Positions 1 to 12,300 of a stretch of DNA of 64,000 nt are shown here, piece after piece (the first letter of the stretch is position 1; every line of letters begins with the position of its first letter). The DNA is from Vermamoeba vermiformis. Taxonomy: Eukaryota. The stretch covers positions 124,001 through 188,000 of the forward strand of contig JBEWZL010000044.1 in assembly GCA_045837725.1 (NCBI GenBank), read 5' to 3'. Under the pieces are notes generated by a model that had not been told where the DNA came from, searched no databases, and saw nothing but the letters and a program-made list of their open reading frames with translations. Made by a program: the position numbers and the translations under genes.

Positions 1-2619
1 AGTAGCCCAGCAACGAGATCAACCACTTGCCTAATGTATTGTACGTTAGTACCACACGTGTCAATAGTTAGAGCGTTGCACAACTTACCAGGGTCGTAGT
101 GCATCCATCTCAAGCCATTTCTGTAGTCATAAGGGAACTCGTGATGGAAGTTGTGATAGCCTTCACCGAATGTGAACAACGAGACAATGTAGCTGTCACG
201 AGGAGTGCGTTGATCGCTGTACGTGAAATCGCCCCACCAGTGAGCCAAACTGTTGATGAAGAAAGTAGCGTGTTGAATGAAAACAGCCTTAGCAAAGCCA
301 CCAATGAAGAGACCGCCGAGCCAGTCACCCCAGCCGAGGCCAGCAATTAAAGTAGGCAAAACAATGCCCAATCCGAGAGCGAAGTAAGGGTAGTACTTGT
401 GTTGGAAGGCTATAAGTTACATCGTTAGAAAAAGTTTTGATATCTTGGGTAATGTAAGAAGCTAGGACTTACTCAAAATAGGATCGGCTAACAAGTCGCT
501 AATGTCGACCTCAGCTTCAGTGTAGTACTCAGGACCCCACGATTCACGCTTCCAAATCAACCAGCCCATGTGCGAGTACCAGAATCCACGCTTAGCGTTG
601 TACGGGTCCTTGTTTGTGTCGGTGTAACGGTGGTGAGCACGGTGATCGCGGCACCACGAGATAACGGAGCCTTCAAAAGTTGAGGCACCAGCCAACATCA
701 AGGGAATCTTGGCGATGCTCTTGACGTCGTAGGAACGATGAGACCACAAGCGGTGATAGCCCGAAGTAATACCAATGCCACCAATGTAGTACAAGATGAA
801 GCCGAGCAACAAAGTCTTGGCGTGAACTTCACACACGAAGAAACCGATGAAGGCCAAGAAGATAGAGCCGAACAACCAAGCAGTGACGAACCAATCAACC
901 TTCTCTGCGAGGGACTTGACACTAAGGCCAGTGTCGTCATTGGAGAAAATGAACTTGGTCAATGAAGTTTCTTGGAGTTGCTACGTTTGTGCGTTAGATC
1001 CGGCCATTAAAAAACTTGAATTGCGCAACTTACCTTATCAAACTTCTCTTGCAAGTGCTTGTATGCTTTCTTAATGTTGTAGTTGGGTACGGCGATGCTG
1101 TCGACAATCATGTAGTTGAAGTTGTCGGACAAGAGCTCGACCCACTTGGGAAACTTGACGGCAAAAGTGACGGAGATTTCGTTCTTGAGCTGTTCTTTGG
1201 TCTTTTGCACGGTCTCTTTGTACTCCTCGTAACGCTCAGAGGCCAACTTGAGCAAGGCAACGTGAGGTAACTGATGGGCCTTTTGGAACGAGCTGGCCCA
1301 GAAGTGATAGACCAACCACGGCATTAAGTAGTACTTGACGAGACTAAGTAATGTGTTAGTAATTGACATTATAAAATGAAGCTTAGAATCATCAAAAACC
1401 GGATCTTGATCTCCATCCGTAAGGAAAAAACTTACCCCCACCAGCCCAAGTTTAGAGCCATCAATGGGAAGAAGATGCAAACAAACGCGTAAATAAGGAT
1501 CATATTCACCATTGCTCGCTTCTCTAAGTTAATGTACGGAGTGACTTGCGCCTTGATCCATTGCCAAGGCGAAGCCACGAACCAGAAAGGAGACGATAAA
1601 AGTCCTATAAATATGCTTATTAGTAATGTACTCGACAAGTACTAAGTGAAGTACATACTTGAATTGTTATAATATTTCTGCCAGGATTGGAAAGGAGTCA
1701 TTAAAGGCAGCATGCACAACGTGCCAATAACGTCGTTTAAGCGCTTATTTTCAACAAAAGCGCCTTTACTGCACGCGTAAGAAACTGTGAGCAGCTATAT
1801 AATAAGGTTAGAGATTGCTAATTATTGTAATTAGATTGCGCATCCATTAATAGTCCGAATCCAAAAACTTTAAATTATTTGTAAGCCAGCAAATTCGAAT
1901 TTGCATTTGCATACGCTAAAATTGAGGTAATCGAAGATGCAATAATTCATCTGCGATTGATTTTCCGTTCATGAAAACAAGAAAAAACTTTGAAGATCCG
2001 GCCGAGTTTTGACGGAAAATAAATTATAAGATTATGATGCCCGAAAGTTTTTGGACAAAGGTACAAGCATAATTAAAGGCATGCAATGTGCATAAAAATT
2101 GTGAGTTGGATCAAGGCAAGCAAGGTATTTGTGTTTCGCGCACAAACTTGCTTTTAACTTGAGCGAAATGGATATTTGTAATTAAACAAGAATCGATTAT
2201 GAAAATTTCAATAAGCTGGGAAATCTGAAAGTTCTGATTCGGATTACGATCTGAAAGTCATTGTACTTTACACTTACTCCTGTAATAGCTGTGCCCAAGA
2301 ACATCCATCCAATAGGTAGTAAGTACCAAGGAGTGTAGGCCAGAATGACTACGCCGAGGGTTACAAACGTGATCGTCTTGACGAGCGAGAAGATGGCCTT
2401 CTTTGTGCTCGTTTGAAACACCTAAAAATGATCATAATAAGAATCGGAGCAATAGAGATCGAGGTTGAAAAGGTCATGATTAACAAAGCGAGCCTAAGTA
2501 GGCACTAGTTTGGATTTAGTTGTACAACTACAGCTCCGATGCCAAGTTGATTGCGCGATACGTACCTCTTTCGGCAATAGATCTGCCAGCTCGTTCATAG
2601 ATGTCGGGAACGAGTTCAT
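1..2619 (-). CDS. Fatty acid desaturase fusion: N-terminal degenerate delta-12/omega-6-like domain plus intact delta-9 acyl-CoA desaturase (spliced; 3' end runs off the window)
   Basis: C-terminal half has HRLWSH, HRAHH and GEGYHNFHH boxes. N-terminal half resembles DesA-type desaturases (PWYLLPIGWMFLGTAITG, LMPWLVYHFW, FPKWVELL). Joined in frame by intron 981-1033; ATG at 2619. Confidence 0.9.
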
Positions 2620-3216
2620 GTTTGGTGTCTGGATCGACTAAAAATTGAATTATGAATAGAGCTCAGAAAAATTTACTTTTATACTTTCTGGCACGCGGCA
2701 ATTATCAATATTAACTTATTTAGTGAACATAACAAGAAATTCATGAAAAGTAGGACAAAGAAGCGGTGGCCGCTTTCCCAATCTGACAAGGATCTGAGTC
2801 AGATCCTAGTCATGGTCAATGAGGATTCATTGATGATAATGTCATGCTAAAATAGAGTACTTGCCTTCCTTGTGTTTCTTGTGCCTGCGCGTGTACGAAA
2901 TACGGTCAATTTTTTTCTTCTTACGCCTTTCAATTTTTTGTGACCGCTTAATTATCCTCAACGAATGAACCGTTTAACACTACTATTAGTGACATATCGA
3001 GAAATTATCAGGAGTTACCGCAAAGGCGAGTTTCCTGAAGGTCTGAAAGCCCGTGCCCGCGATAACTTTTACTACGATTGGGAATATGCAGGAGACCAAC
3101 CGTATGGCATATATTAGTCTTGATTTTGTTATTGCGGGTGGAATGTTGGTCACGGGCCCGACCAATGTCACACACAGTGATCTCACAACGTGTATTTCGT
3201 CAATTTCACAATTACG

Positions 3217-4266
3217 ATGAACACAATGGATGAGATTGAGGTACGAACGCATATTAAATTTAATAATATTTTCTAATTGTTATGCAGGTAGTTACATACC
3301 ATACTGGCGCAGATTTTTTGGCGGGATGTGGTCCTTTTTTGATGGAAAAAGAGATAGCCAATAATTACCAGCTAGGCGTTGCCCCACGATTAAAAGAAAA
3401 TAATATTTTATTCTCAGTTAACCGAAAAAATACCAAGAAAGGTGGAGCATACTTTTAAACTTTTCGATCTGGGTTAGTTTGTCTTACTAACACGTTTTAC
3501 AGTATTATTAACTGGCCTATCCGAAACTACCGTCGGCAGCTTATCGCTTGTTACCTATGAGACCGACGAAAAGTTGTTAGAATTTCTCACTGCGCACGTT
3601 ATCTCCTTTTTACAAAGTTGTTCGCTGACCCCGAAGTTGATCGGTGTTACAGCTCCTGCATCACTCGTTCATCCAATCAGAGACTTCCTCAATACCCACT
3701 TCGACGCCGGCTTTAACTTCCGCACTAATCTACGCTGCTACGTATGCACCGCTGTGTTAAAAAGCGCTCTAGAGTCAGCGGATCGCACGCCAGGTTCGAT
3801 GGTCGTTGCAAACGAATCTCATTTAGAACAAACAGTTAATATGATGCGAGAGTTTGAAGAGCAAGTGCACAGACCATCTGAACGATTATCAGGTAAATAG
3901 AGAACAACAATACAAAGAAATTTTGTTTGACGGATGTACCCAGATGAGCGAACCCGAGAGCGTCTTCAAAAGTTTATGAACGTGCAACGCGTTTGGATAT
4001 GGATAGACGAAGGCAAGGTCACTTCCATAGTAATAAGCACGCGTGATACAGAGTCAGCACAAGGCATCAACAGTGTCTACACTCCAGTATCTTGCAGACG
4101 TAAAGGATACGCAACTGCCCTCGTATCGAAAGTAGCGCAATTTATGATCGAGAAGAACAACAAAAAGGTGTTCTTATACGCAGACTTGGACTATCCTGCC
4201 AGCAACAAAGTCTACACAAATGTTGGATTTGTTCCCGTTGATGATCCTGTTACTTGGGCAAAGTAA
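3217..4266 (+). CDS. GNAT-family acetyltransferase (spliced)
   Basis: C-terminal VYTPVSCRRKGYATALV...FLYADLDYPASNKVYTNVGF acetyl-CoA-binding motifs; exons linked by GT-AG introns. Confidence 0.85.
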
Positions 4267-4766
4267 AAATCCATACTAAATATGAAGACCTTGCAATCGC
4301 GAGATTTATTTGCATTGTGGCCCGTAAGTAGCTTCGTTGCGGTTTGATTAAAATTTAAATCATGTCATCTTATTCATCGTTGATTTTGGATTGGTCATTA
4401 GCATTATCGGTCTTTTTTGGTGGTTGGTAGGGTTGGAAACCTTTTTTTCCGCTCGTCCTGGCTGCCATCCGTTTCAAAACTGCTACCGAAAAAATCAGAC
4501 TAATTAATTAATGTAAGCAATACAATTTAATATATAAATACTGTATTGCATTAAATGTCTTCTCATAAGAATGTAGAATAAGAATGTCTTACCTTTGGGC
4601 GGTTGGTATAACAGGTCCTTCGGATTATTTTTAGTGGGGTTGTTATTGTCGCTCATTTGGTATGACTTTCAATTAAACCCAATAATGCGCAACAGAATCT
4701 AAATAGTATTTTTGGCAGCAAAGCTCGTGAATCACGTTTCTTGTTTGTCTTCTTTGAACCGAACAG

Positions 4767-6100
4767 ATGAACACGTTACGAACAATTCAGCTGCTAAGCC
4801 GGTGCTATATATCACGCCACAGCAATAAATTGAGGAAGTCTATCTTAACAGTAACAAGGAATGAAGCCAAGAAACAGTGCTTTGCGAGGTCGCGCGATCT
4901 CTTGACACATCCACCGCAGAGGCTTTATTCGACTGAATTTAATCGGCACTTCGTAAAAATGAAACGAATGGTAATATTTTGAACTGTTTAAGCCTAATTT
5001 TTTCTCAAATTGATAATTATTTTCTAAATTCTTGCTATCGTAGGCAAGCACAAATACGTAATTTATTACATTTTAAATATTTATAAATATTTAACGGGTT
5101 TTATAAAGAAAGAGGAAGGTTACGTGCCGAGCGACGACGAAAAACAATTCGAAGCGCTTAGTAACTTAGCCAGGCAAAGCCACAGCCCCGCAGAATTAAT
5201 TAAAAACGAGCCTATGTTTCTGCCAACGTTATTACGCCTGTTTGAAAGCGAAAAAACGATGGTCAGAAATTCTTCTATTAAGTTATTCGCATCCATGCCC
5301 GATGTTCGTAAGTCATAGTCTCGAATATGATAATCATTGCTATATATATTAACGTTATTAATGTGCCTATAGCTGAGTGGTTGAATTTTCTTGAAACTGA
5401 TGCGAGCATTCAAAAACATTTGCCAGCGATCTTAGCCAATTTTTACTCGTTTGCAACTCACCCTGAAAGACCCTATGGCAGACAGTAAGCTAATTAAACA
5501 TAATATTATTAATATTTCTAATTTATTTGCAGAAAAGCCATATCGTTACATGAGAGGTGCTTGCCGCTGATCCGATCGCACTTTGGCAAAACGCATCCGC
5601 TAAGTAAGTACTAGTATTTTAATATAATATTATAATATATATAAAAGTACTATAATATGTAGAAATGAGCTTAAGAAGCGAAATTGAAAAGTTGGATCTG
5701 ACTTTATTTTTGTTAAATAGCAATTTCAGTTCTATATCGACTTGGAATATTATATTCTATGGAAGAAAATACTACAGAATCGATTAGAAATTTCCGAGAA
5801 GCCACGGATCTGATAGGAGAATTTGTAAAGGCTTCAAATGACGCTTATTTTGACGATATTGGCTTAGTAATGCAACATGCGACTATTTATTATGAATATT
5901 TAGAAGCATTGAAGAAAAGAACGGATTTAAATGCCACAAATGCGCATGAGTTAGTGGATGCAGGAAAAAGTGCGATGGATCTGTGCGACAAAGCGTTGGA
6001 AATGGTCGAAAAAGACGAGAATAATACATTTGGAAATAATCAAAAACAAAAATTGAAAGAATTGGCTTTAAAAATGAAGCAGTCCTTTGTGGCTGCGTAA
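4767..6100 (+). CDS. Hypothetical helical/TPR-like protein with possible mitochondrial presequence (spliced)
   Basis: ORFs 4767-4982, 5124-5318 and 5759-6100 are separated by GT-AG introns; the N-terminus is Arg/Ser-rich and acid-poor. Confidence 0.55.
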
Positions 6101-6236
6101 ACCAACTAATCGACCAGATCTTGATTGTAACGGACTTAGTTTAGAGTAATTAATATGAAAATATAGAATTCAATAAGTGCGTAACGATAATTTATCTAAC
6201 TTTATTTGTAAATTCGCTAACATTCGTGGATGTGGT

Positions 6237-8801
6237 TCAACTTTGATCTTGTTGCAGTTTCGTCAATAACGTCAATACCCAATGATAAGTATTGGTTCGG
6301 CTATTTCCATCGTCAAATGTTTTAAGTGTTTGTACGTTCTTCCAGGCAGCTTCAGGATCAAGAATCGCTTGGGCCATGAAAATGAATCCCTTCCAAGTCT
6401 CCTCAAGAGGCGGGTCTTTTCTCGTCAAAGTTTTTTCCAAAATAGGAAATTCGTATTTGATCCATTCAGGCTCGAGTAGCTGACGAGTTACTGGCGTGAA
6501 AGGTAACATTTGGATGCAGTGAATGAACTCCACATTAGCTGAAAACAAGTGGTCAGCGTGGGTAAAAAAATCACGATGTTGCGACATACCTCCAAACCAC
6601 GTGGCATAATCGACCTTTGAAGACCATAAAACCCCGACTACGGAGTTTTTGGCAAATACTGGATCGTAGATATCAAAGTTCTCTGGGTACATGTGCCAAT
6701 ACTTTTGCGACGATCTGATCTCCGTCGCGAGAAGCACTCTGCCAAGATTTGATGCGAATTCGTCACCGACAGCCAAGCCCCACAGATGCACCGCATAATA
6801 GGCATTAACTGCTTCAGAAGTCGATTCTTGGTTCTTGTCATCTACAACAGAAAATTAGATCTAGGGACTGAAATGAAATTTCACGTACCTCCAAACTCGA
6901 ACAGTCCTGAAGCCCAAGAGTGACCCAAGTACCAGTCTTTGTGTCTAGTGACAGGGAAGTAGTTATCAGCGTGCGAAGGGTTGGCAATATCACGGATCAG
7001 ATCCAAGACGTAATCGCTGTACTTTGATCCCCATTCTTTGTCTTCTTTAGCGATCACCGCTGCAGCATAGATCCAATATCCGTAATGGAAATCTGACCAA
7101 TCAAATCGTTAGCACGAGTTTGACACGTGTCAAAGTTCAAGTGACACTTACGGTGATCGTTGTACCAGCCTTGACCGAACTCGTTTCCGGAGTTTTTGAT
7201 GCCCTCCGTAGAAACAATGCCACCCCACGTCGAATCGTAGATCAAGCTGTCGTTGCATTGCCCTTCCAGACGAGGTGTCAGGACCTTCTTCATCGACTCG
7301 CGGATCTCTTTCGCTGTAGTGTTGTCGCCAATTTGATCGGCAATTAAAGCCAGTCGGCCCATTGCTGCGACTTCTTTGCCGAAGAAATACGTGTCTTGAG
7401 CTTTAGGCTGCATATTTTTGTCTTCTTTCAACACGGTTTGCAAGATCTGCACAGCTTGATCTGAAAATTGAGTTTTTTCAAACCATCGGACTTTAGTCAA
7501 TTCTTCTTGTAAAATCCATTCGTCGCCAACAACGCCTGATTACTATATTAGGAAATTTAGTTTTTGGTGAGATTTTGACGTACCTGTCATTTTGCCCTTG
7601 ATTGTCTCGTAAGAATTTTTCATGATGAAATTTTTAGGCTTGCCGAGGCTGTCTTTGTGATGAGGCAAAGACATCATTAAAAGATCAATAGCAGCACGTT
7701 TTTCAACGAGCCATTTGAACGAGATTTGCGCAATATCACCGACAACTTCGTAGCTAATCTTGCTGCCAACAGGAACGGCACCGCTGTGCAGCTGCAAATT
7801 GGTCGCGTCTTCCATTGACAGAAGCAACGCAGCTCTATGATATTTTGTGGTTAGTATGAGCTTGCCGGTCATAGTAAAATAACGTGTGATTTAAGCGTAC
7901 CGCATGAGGCCATTGTATCGCTGAGTGGCTTCAAGTCGATTGGTCGTAACGTTGAAAGTTGTTTGGCCGTCCAAAAGATACAACATCCAAGTCTTGCCGT
8001 TGTTCATTATCACTTCAAATTGTGATCCACTCACGGTACACGGCACTGGCGAGTTGTTCACTGAAAGAATGGCGTGCACAGTGTCGAGCAAGGGAAACTC
8101 GGAGTTTTGATAGAGTACTGTAACATAAGGACTTCCATAGGCAATAGGAAAGGTCATTACAGGTTGCTTTGAAGCTGATAATAAATTGAATTATTAAGAG
8201 ATCAGTACAAATGTCAAAGTGTCAAAAACGTCGAATTGAATTTCCGGTTCATGAACAAAGTCAAACAAGGAATGCGTACCTCTATCGATATATTGCATAG
8301 TGACAGTCAAAGGGTCATAATCATGTAAAATTCTGTCGCATTCAATAGCTTTGACTTTGAACGATAAATCATGAACGAAACTCGTGAGAACGAACTTGTC
8401 CGTGGCAGATCTGTCTCAGAAGTTAATTTAAGCCATAATAATTATTCAATTATTACCTGTTAGGATATCCAAATTCAAATCCGTTGGCTGCTGCTTTCAT
8501 ATAATAAGGCAAAGGCATGATCGGATTTTCACCTTTGCCTAGGACAAGATCTGTGAGCCATTGGTTCGTGGGAAATGGCGCTTGTACTTTGCCCCATAAT
8601 CTATAATAAATTAGTGAATATTTACCACCAAACTAATTTGTTGGAATGACGATCTTGAAAAGCGTGTCAGAGCTCGCTCGATTATATTATTAATTAATTT
8701 ATTACTTACGGAGATGGCTTTAGAGGGTGCTTATCTGTGGCATTGAATAGAGGAAGCGCACCAGACTTGAAAGTTTGTTCTGAAAAACCTCGATCGGTCA
8801 T
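6237..8801 (-). CDS. Endo-1,3-beta-glucanase, glycoside hydrolase family 81 (spliced)
   Basis: GSPYVT, YETIKGKM, DTYFFGK, YNDHHFHYGY (across an intron), QESTSEAVN, EFIHCIQMLPFTP and FDDGNSRTN motifs. Confidence 0.92.
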
Positions 8802-9303
8802 TTATGCGATTACGGATGGAAAATTATAGAATAATTGTATTCGTGTTGATTTGATTTAGTTTAAAAGAAAGAGCTGTAAATTTTGCTTCAGTAAAGCGGC
8901 CGTATGAGAACCATTCTAAAATTCAAGCAGTTTTCTATCGATTGCTTCCTGCTTAATAATTACTTAAACGGCATCGATGCGTGTATAATGAATGTAGAGA
9001 AAATAATATAATTAATTGAAAATATATAATTGCGCTCCCATTTTACCTTTCAAAGATAGATCTGCCCGCCAAATTGTTGATCCACCATTAATGGCGGCGC
9101 ACAACGTAAAAATACAAAATATTGTGATACATAATATGTTATACATAATTGAATATTAAATACAATGAGACATTTGACAAGTTTAATTTAGAACCTTCCG
9201 GAAGCAAAGGAACTTTCTTGCTACCATCCTTTTCATATTAAATATAATTAACTTGATGTTTAGGTACGCAATATAATACTGAATCAAGTAATACAGGTCA
9301 CAT

Positions 9304-12300
9304 TTATTCGGGATCCTCGAAACAAATATCCTTGTGCTGCATCGTCTTCCAGTCGTCCACTTGACATTCTCTGCTGCAATAATAAGCCACGCACTTGCTA
9401 CACTTCTTCAGCTTGACGTCTGTGTCCGGAACACCACAGTACCAACAGACATTAGTGTATGGACGGTCCTGCAAAATGATCGCAGTCATCGAGTCAACGC
9501 ACATGCGCGTGCTGCCAATACCGCCGTGGATGCGCGGATTGAATATAGTAATCTTATCGCCGACCTTCAATTGCGCAGCGTAAATGCATGTGAGCATAAT
9601 ACACTCGCCTAAACGGTCTCTAATGACGGTCCAAGTCATGCAACCCGTCGTAGGCCGTGTAATGATCGTAGCGTGCAAATAATGATTGGTGTATTGGAAG
9701 TCCTCGGTAAAGTCAATATTCCTAATGAAGAGCTCTTCGGTGCATTTCTCCGATAAGTCCGAGGTCTTGCCAAACACGGTCCTAACATCGTTAGGGATAC
9801 TTTCCAATAGTTCACGGACAAATATCGCTCGTTGATTGATGACCAATGGCTTGCCGTTAGTTCCAAACCAGTCATTTTTATCTTCGTAAAGCTCTTTGTA
9901 CTTCTTCGCTATGCTTGGTACGCTTAAAAATGTTACTGTATTAGCTCACAGTAACATAAAATCACTCAAAATGAACGAAATTTCACAGATTAATATCATT
10001 TTGTGCTAGCAACGCAATGACGAATAAAAAATGAAAAAAGAGTCGCCCAGATCTGAAGAAAAAATTTGGTCACTTACGTCACGATCTCGGCCGGAGGTGT
10101 CCAACCAGGCACAGTAGCCATTCGTTTGTCGAGTTTACGTCTCATGCCACGCCATTGTGACCCTTCGGTCAAGAACGCAAACTCTTGTTTCTCGGCCTCC
10201 AACAAACTTGCGTAAAACTTTAGCGCTGCATCCCAATTACTCGCTTTGATCGCACAAAATGCTGCACAAATGCAAACTATTTGAAAAATAAAATAGTTAG
10301 TTAAAAAAATTTCGGCGACTATCTAAAATTTTCTTAAAAAGTTAAATTCGGATCTCGTAATTTTTTTCATTATTGTCTTATTTGGACTTACTATCGACGG
10401 CTTCTACATCCTCCAATGGCAAAATGGTTAATAAATCCTCGTAAATTTCGACAGCTTCTTTGTACTTCTGATGTGCGAGCATGATGTGACCCTTGGTATT
10501 CGCAACTTCAATAACTTCTGTGAGGTTCTCCGGGTTCATTAGTTTTTCCGCTTTTAAAATTGCCGGCATTGAATCTTCATATTTCCCGTGCCAAGAAAGT
10601 TGTTGTGCGTAATTCTGCCACATCAATGCCGACTCGGGGAATTTTTGCACGCCTCGTTTAAGCCACTTTAACTGCTCAGAATCGACGTACTTGCAAATGA
10701 TTGCATCCTCCGTCTCTTCATGCTGCAAAGCTGTATTGATCAGCTGTGTCGTCATCTCGATGTGTGCTGGGAGCAAAAACACGAGGTACGTGCAGTACTT
10801 GAGGGCAGCAGCGCGCATTTGAACGAACTCCAAACTATCTTCCAATGTACATTTTTTCTCTTTGTAGCATCGTTTGACGATTTCATGAGAGTACAACGAG
10901 TATTTGAGTGCCTGTTTCAGGTATTTTCCATATTCGGACGTTGAATTACTAATTCGCGGAATCATATCTTGCACTTCATCGACCAACCCATTTTTCTTTT
11001 GCGTTTTTGCTTGTGCGGTCAAATCGAGCTGGATGACATCTGTCAAAAAAACAAATCAGCTATAATCACTCTAATAGACCCGATTTTCATCAAAATAGTC
11101 ATGTAAGGTTTCAGTTGAAAATTAGCTCATTAATCTTAATAGATAGAAAAATTGCTACGAACATAATTTAGAACTATTAAATTAATTGAGGAAGGTTTAA
11201 TTAGTACAGTCCGTATTCTACGTACCAGTGTCGCTAGTAATTTGACTACGCAGCTCGCGCAGTGCGGCCAGATGGTCACCAGCCACGTGATAGCCTTTGT
11301 CCACTGCACGTTGCAGCCACTTCTCGGCCTCATCGTAGTTCCGTTCCACGGCCTTTCCTTTGATGTAACACTCCGCGACTTCTTCCATGGCTGACACGAG
11401 GCCTCCCATGGCTGCGGCCAATAACAGTTTGAAGCCCTTGGTCTTGTCTTTGACCACGTGAGTGCCGCGTAGGTACCACGAACCTAATTTCCACTGCGCC
11501 ATGTCCATGCCGTTGTCTGATGCTTTTGTCACCCATCGCAGGCCTGTTGCAACGTCTGGTCTTTTTCCCACACCGTCAATGAGACACACGCCGTAGTGGT
11601 ATTGAGCGCAACACACCGCTGCAGTAAAATCGATTAGACTCGTGTAAATGAACAAAAATTAGCTTAATAAACAACATATCCGCATAATACTGCTTTTGGA
11701 GCTAAAACAGGACAAACTGGATGCGGATCGGAATTTAAATGTAAAGATAAACTCAGTTTAAAACGACTTACGCCAATTAGTAGTGCCATCAGGTTTGCGG
11801 TCAGGCAAGGCAATTACTTTTTCCATCCACTCAATGCCTTGGGCCAGATCTTGTTTCATTCCACGACCGTCCATGCAACATTCCGTCTATGAGCACATTT
11901 AGTAATAGTCATATGTATATCGAGAGATGATATTACCATGCACATCATGCCCTCAAGACTGCCTTTATCGGCTGCTCTCCTGAAGTATGTAACAGCTTTT
12001 TCAAACTGCGGTAGACCTCGATGACCGCTCTCGTACATTCGACCGCGCAGGTAATCTGCATAGCCTGTGCGATTGTCTGCTCGAGCTATGACTCGTTCTA
12101 TATTCTTTTCATTTACTGGCTCGCCTTCCTCAGTCTAGAAAGAATTAATAAATCGGATCAGGAAATGTAAATTGAATTTGTGGTTCTTATATGATTAGTA
12201 TTCTTACGAATAGTCCTAGCTCTTCAAATACGGGCGCGTGATGCGTTAATGGATTATCTGCTCCAATTTTCGTTGACTCGTACTTGGCTAAAGATCTGTA

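Noticed and set aside
99-1270. Several + strand ORFs opposite the desaturase
   Set aside because: Antisense shadows of a codon-biased gene; no protein-like features.
1795-2275. Long desaturase intron as a possible snoRNA or nested gene host
   Set aside because: No ORF and no convincing C/D or H/ACA structure that I could support by eye.
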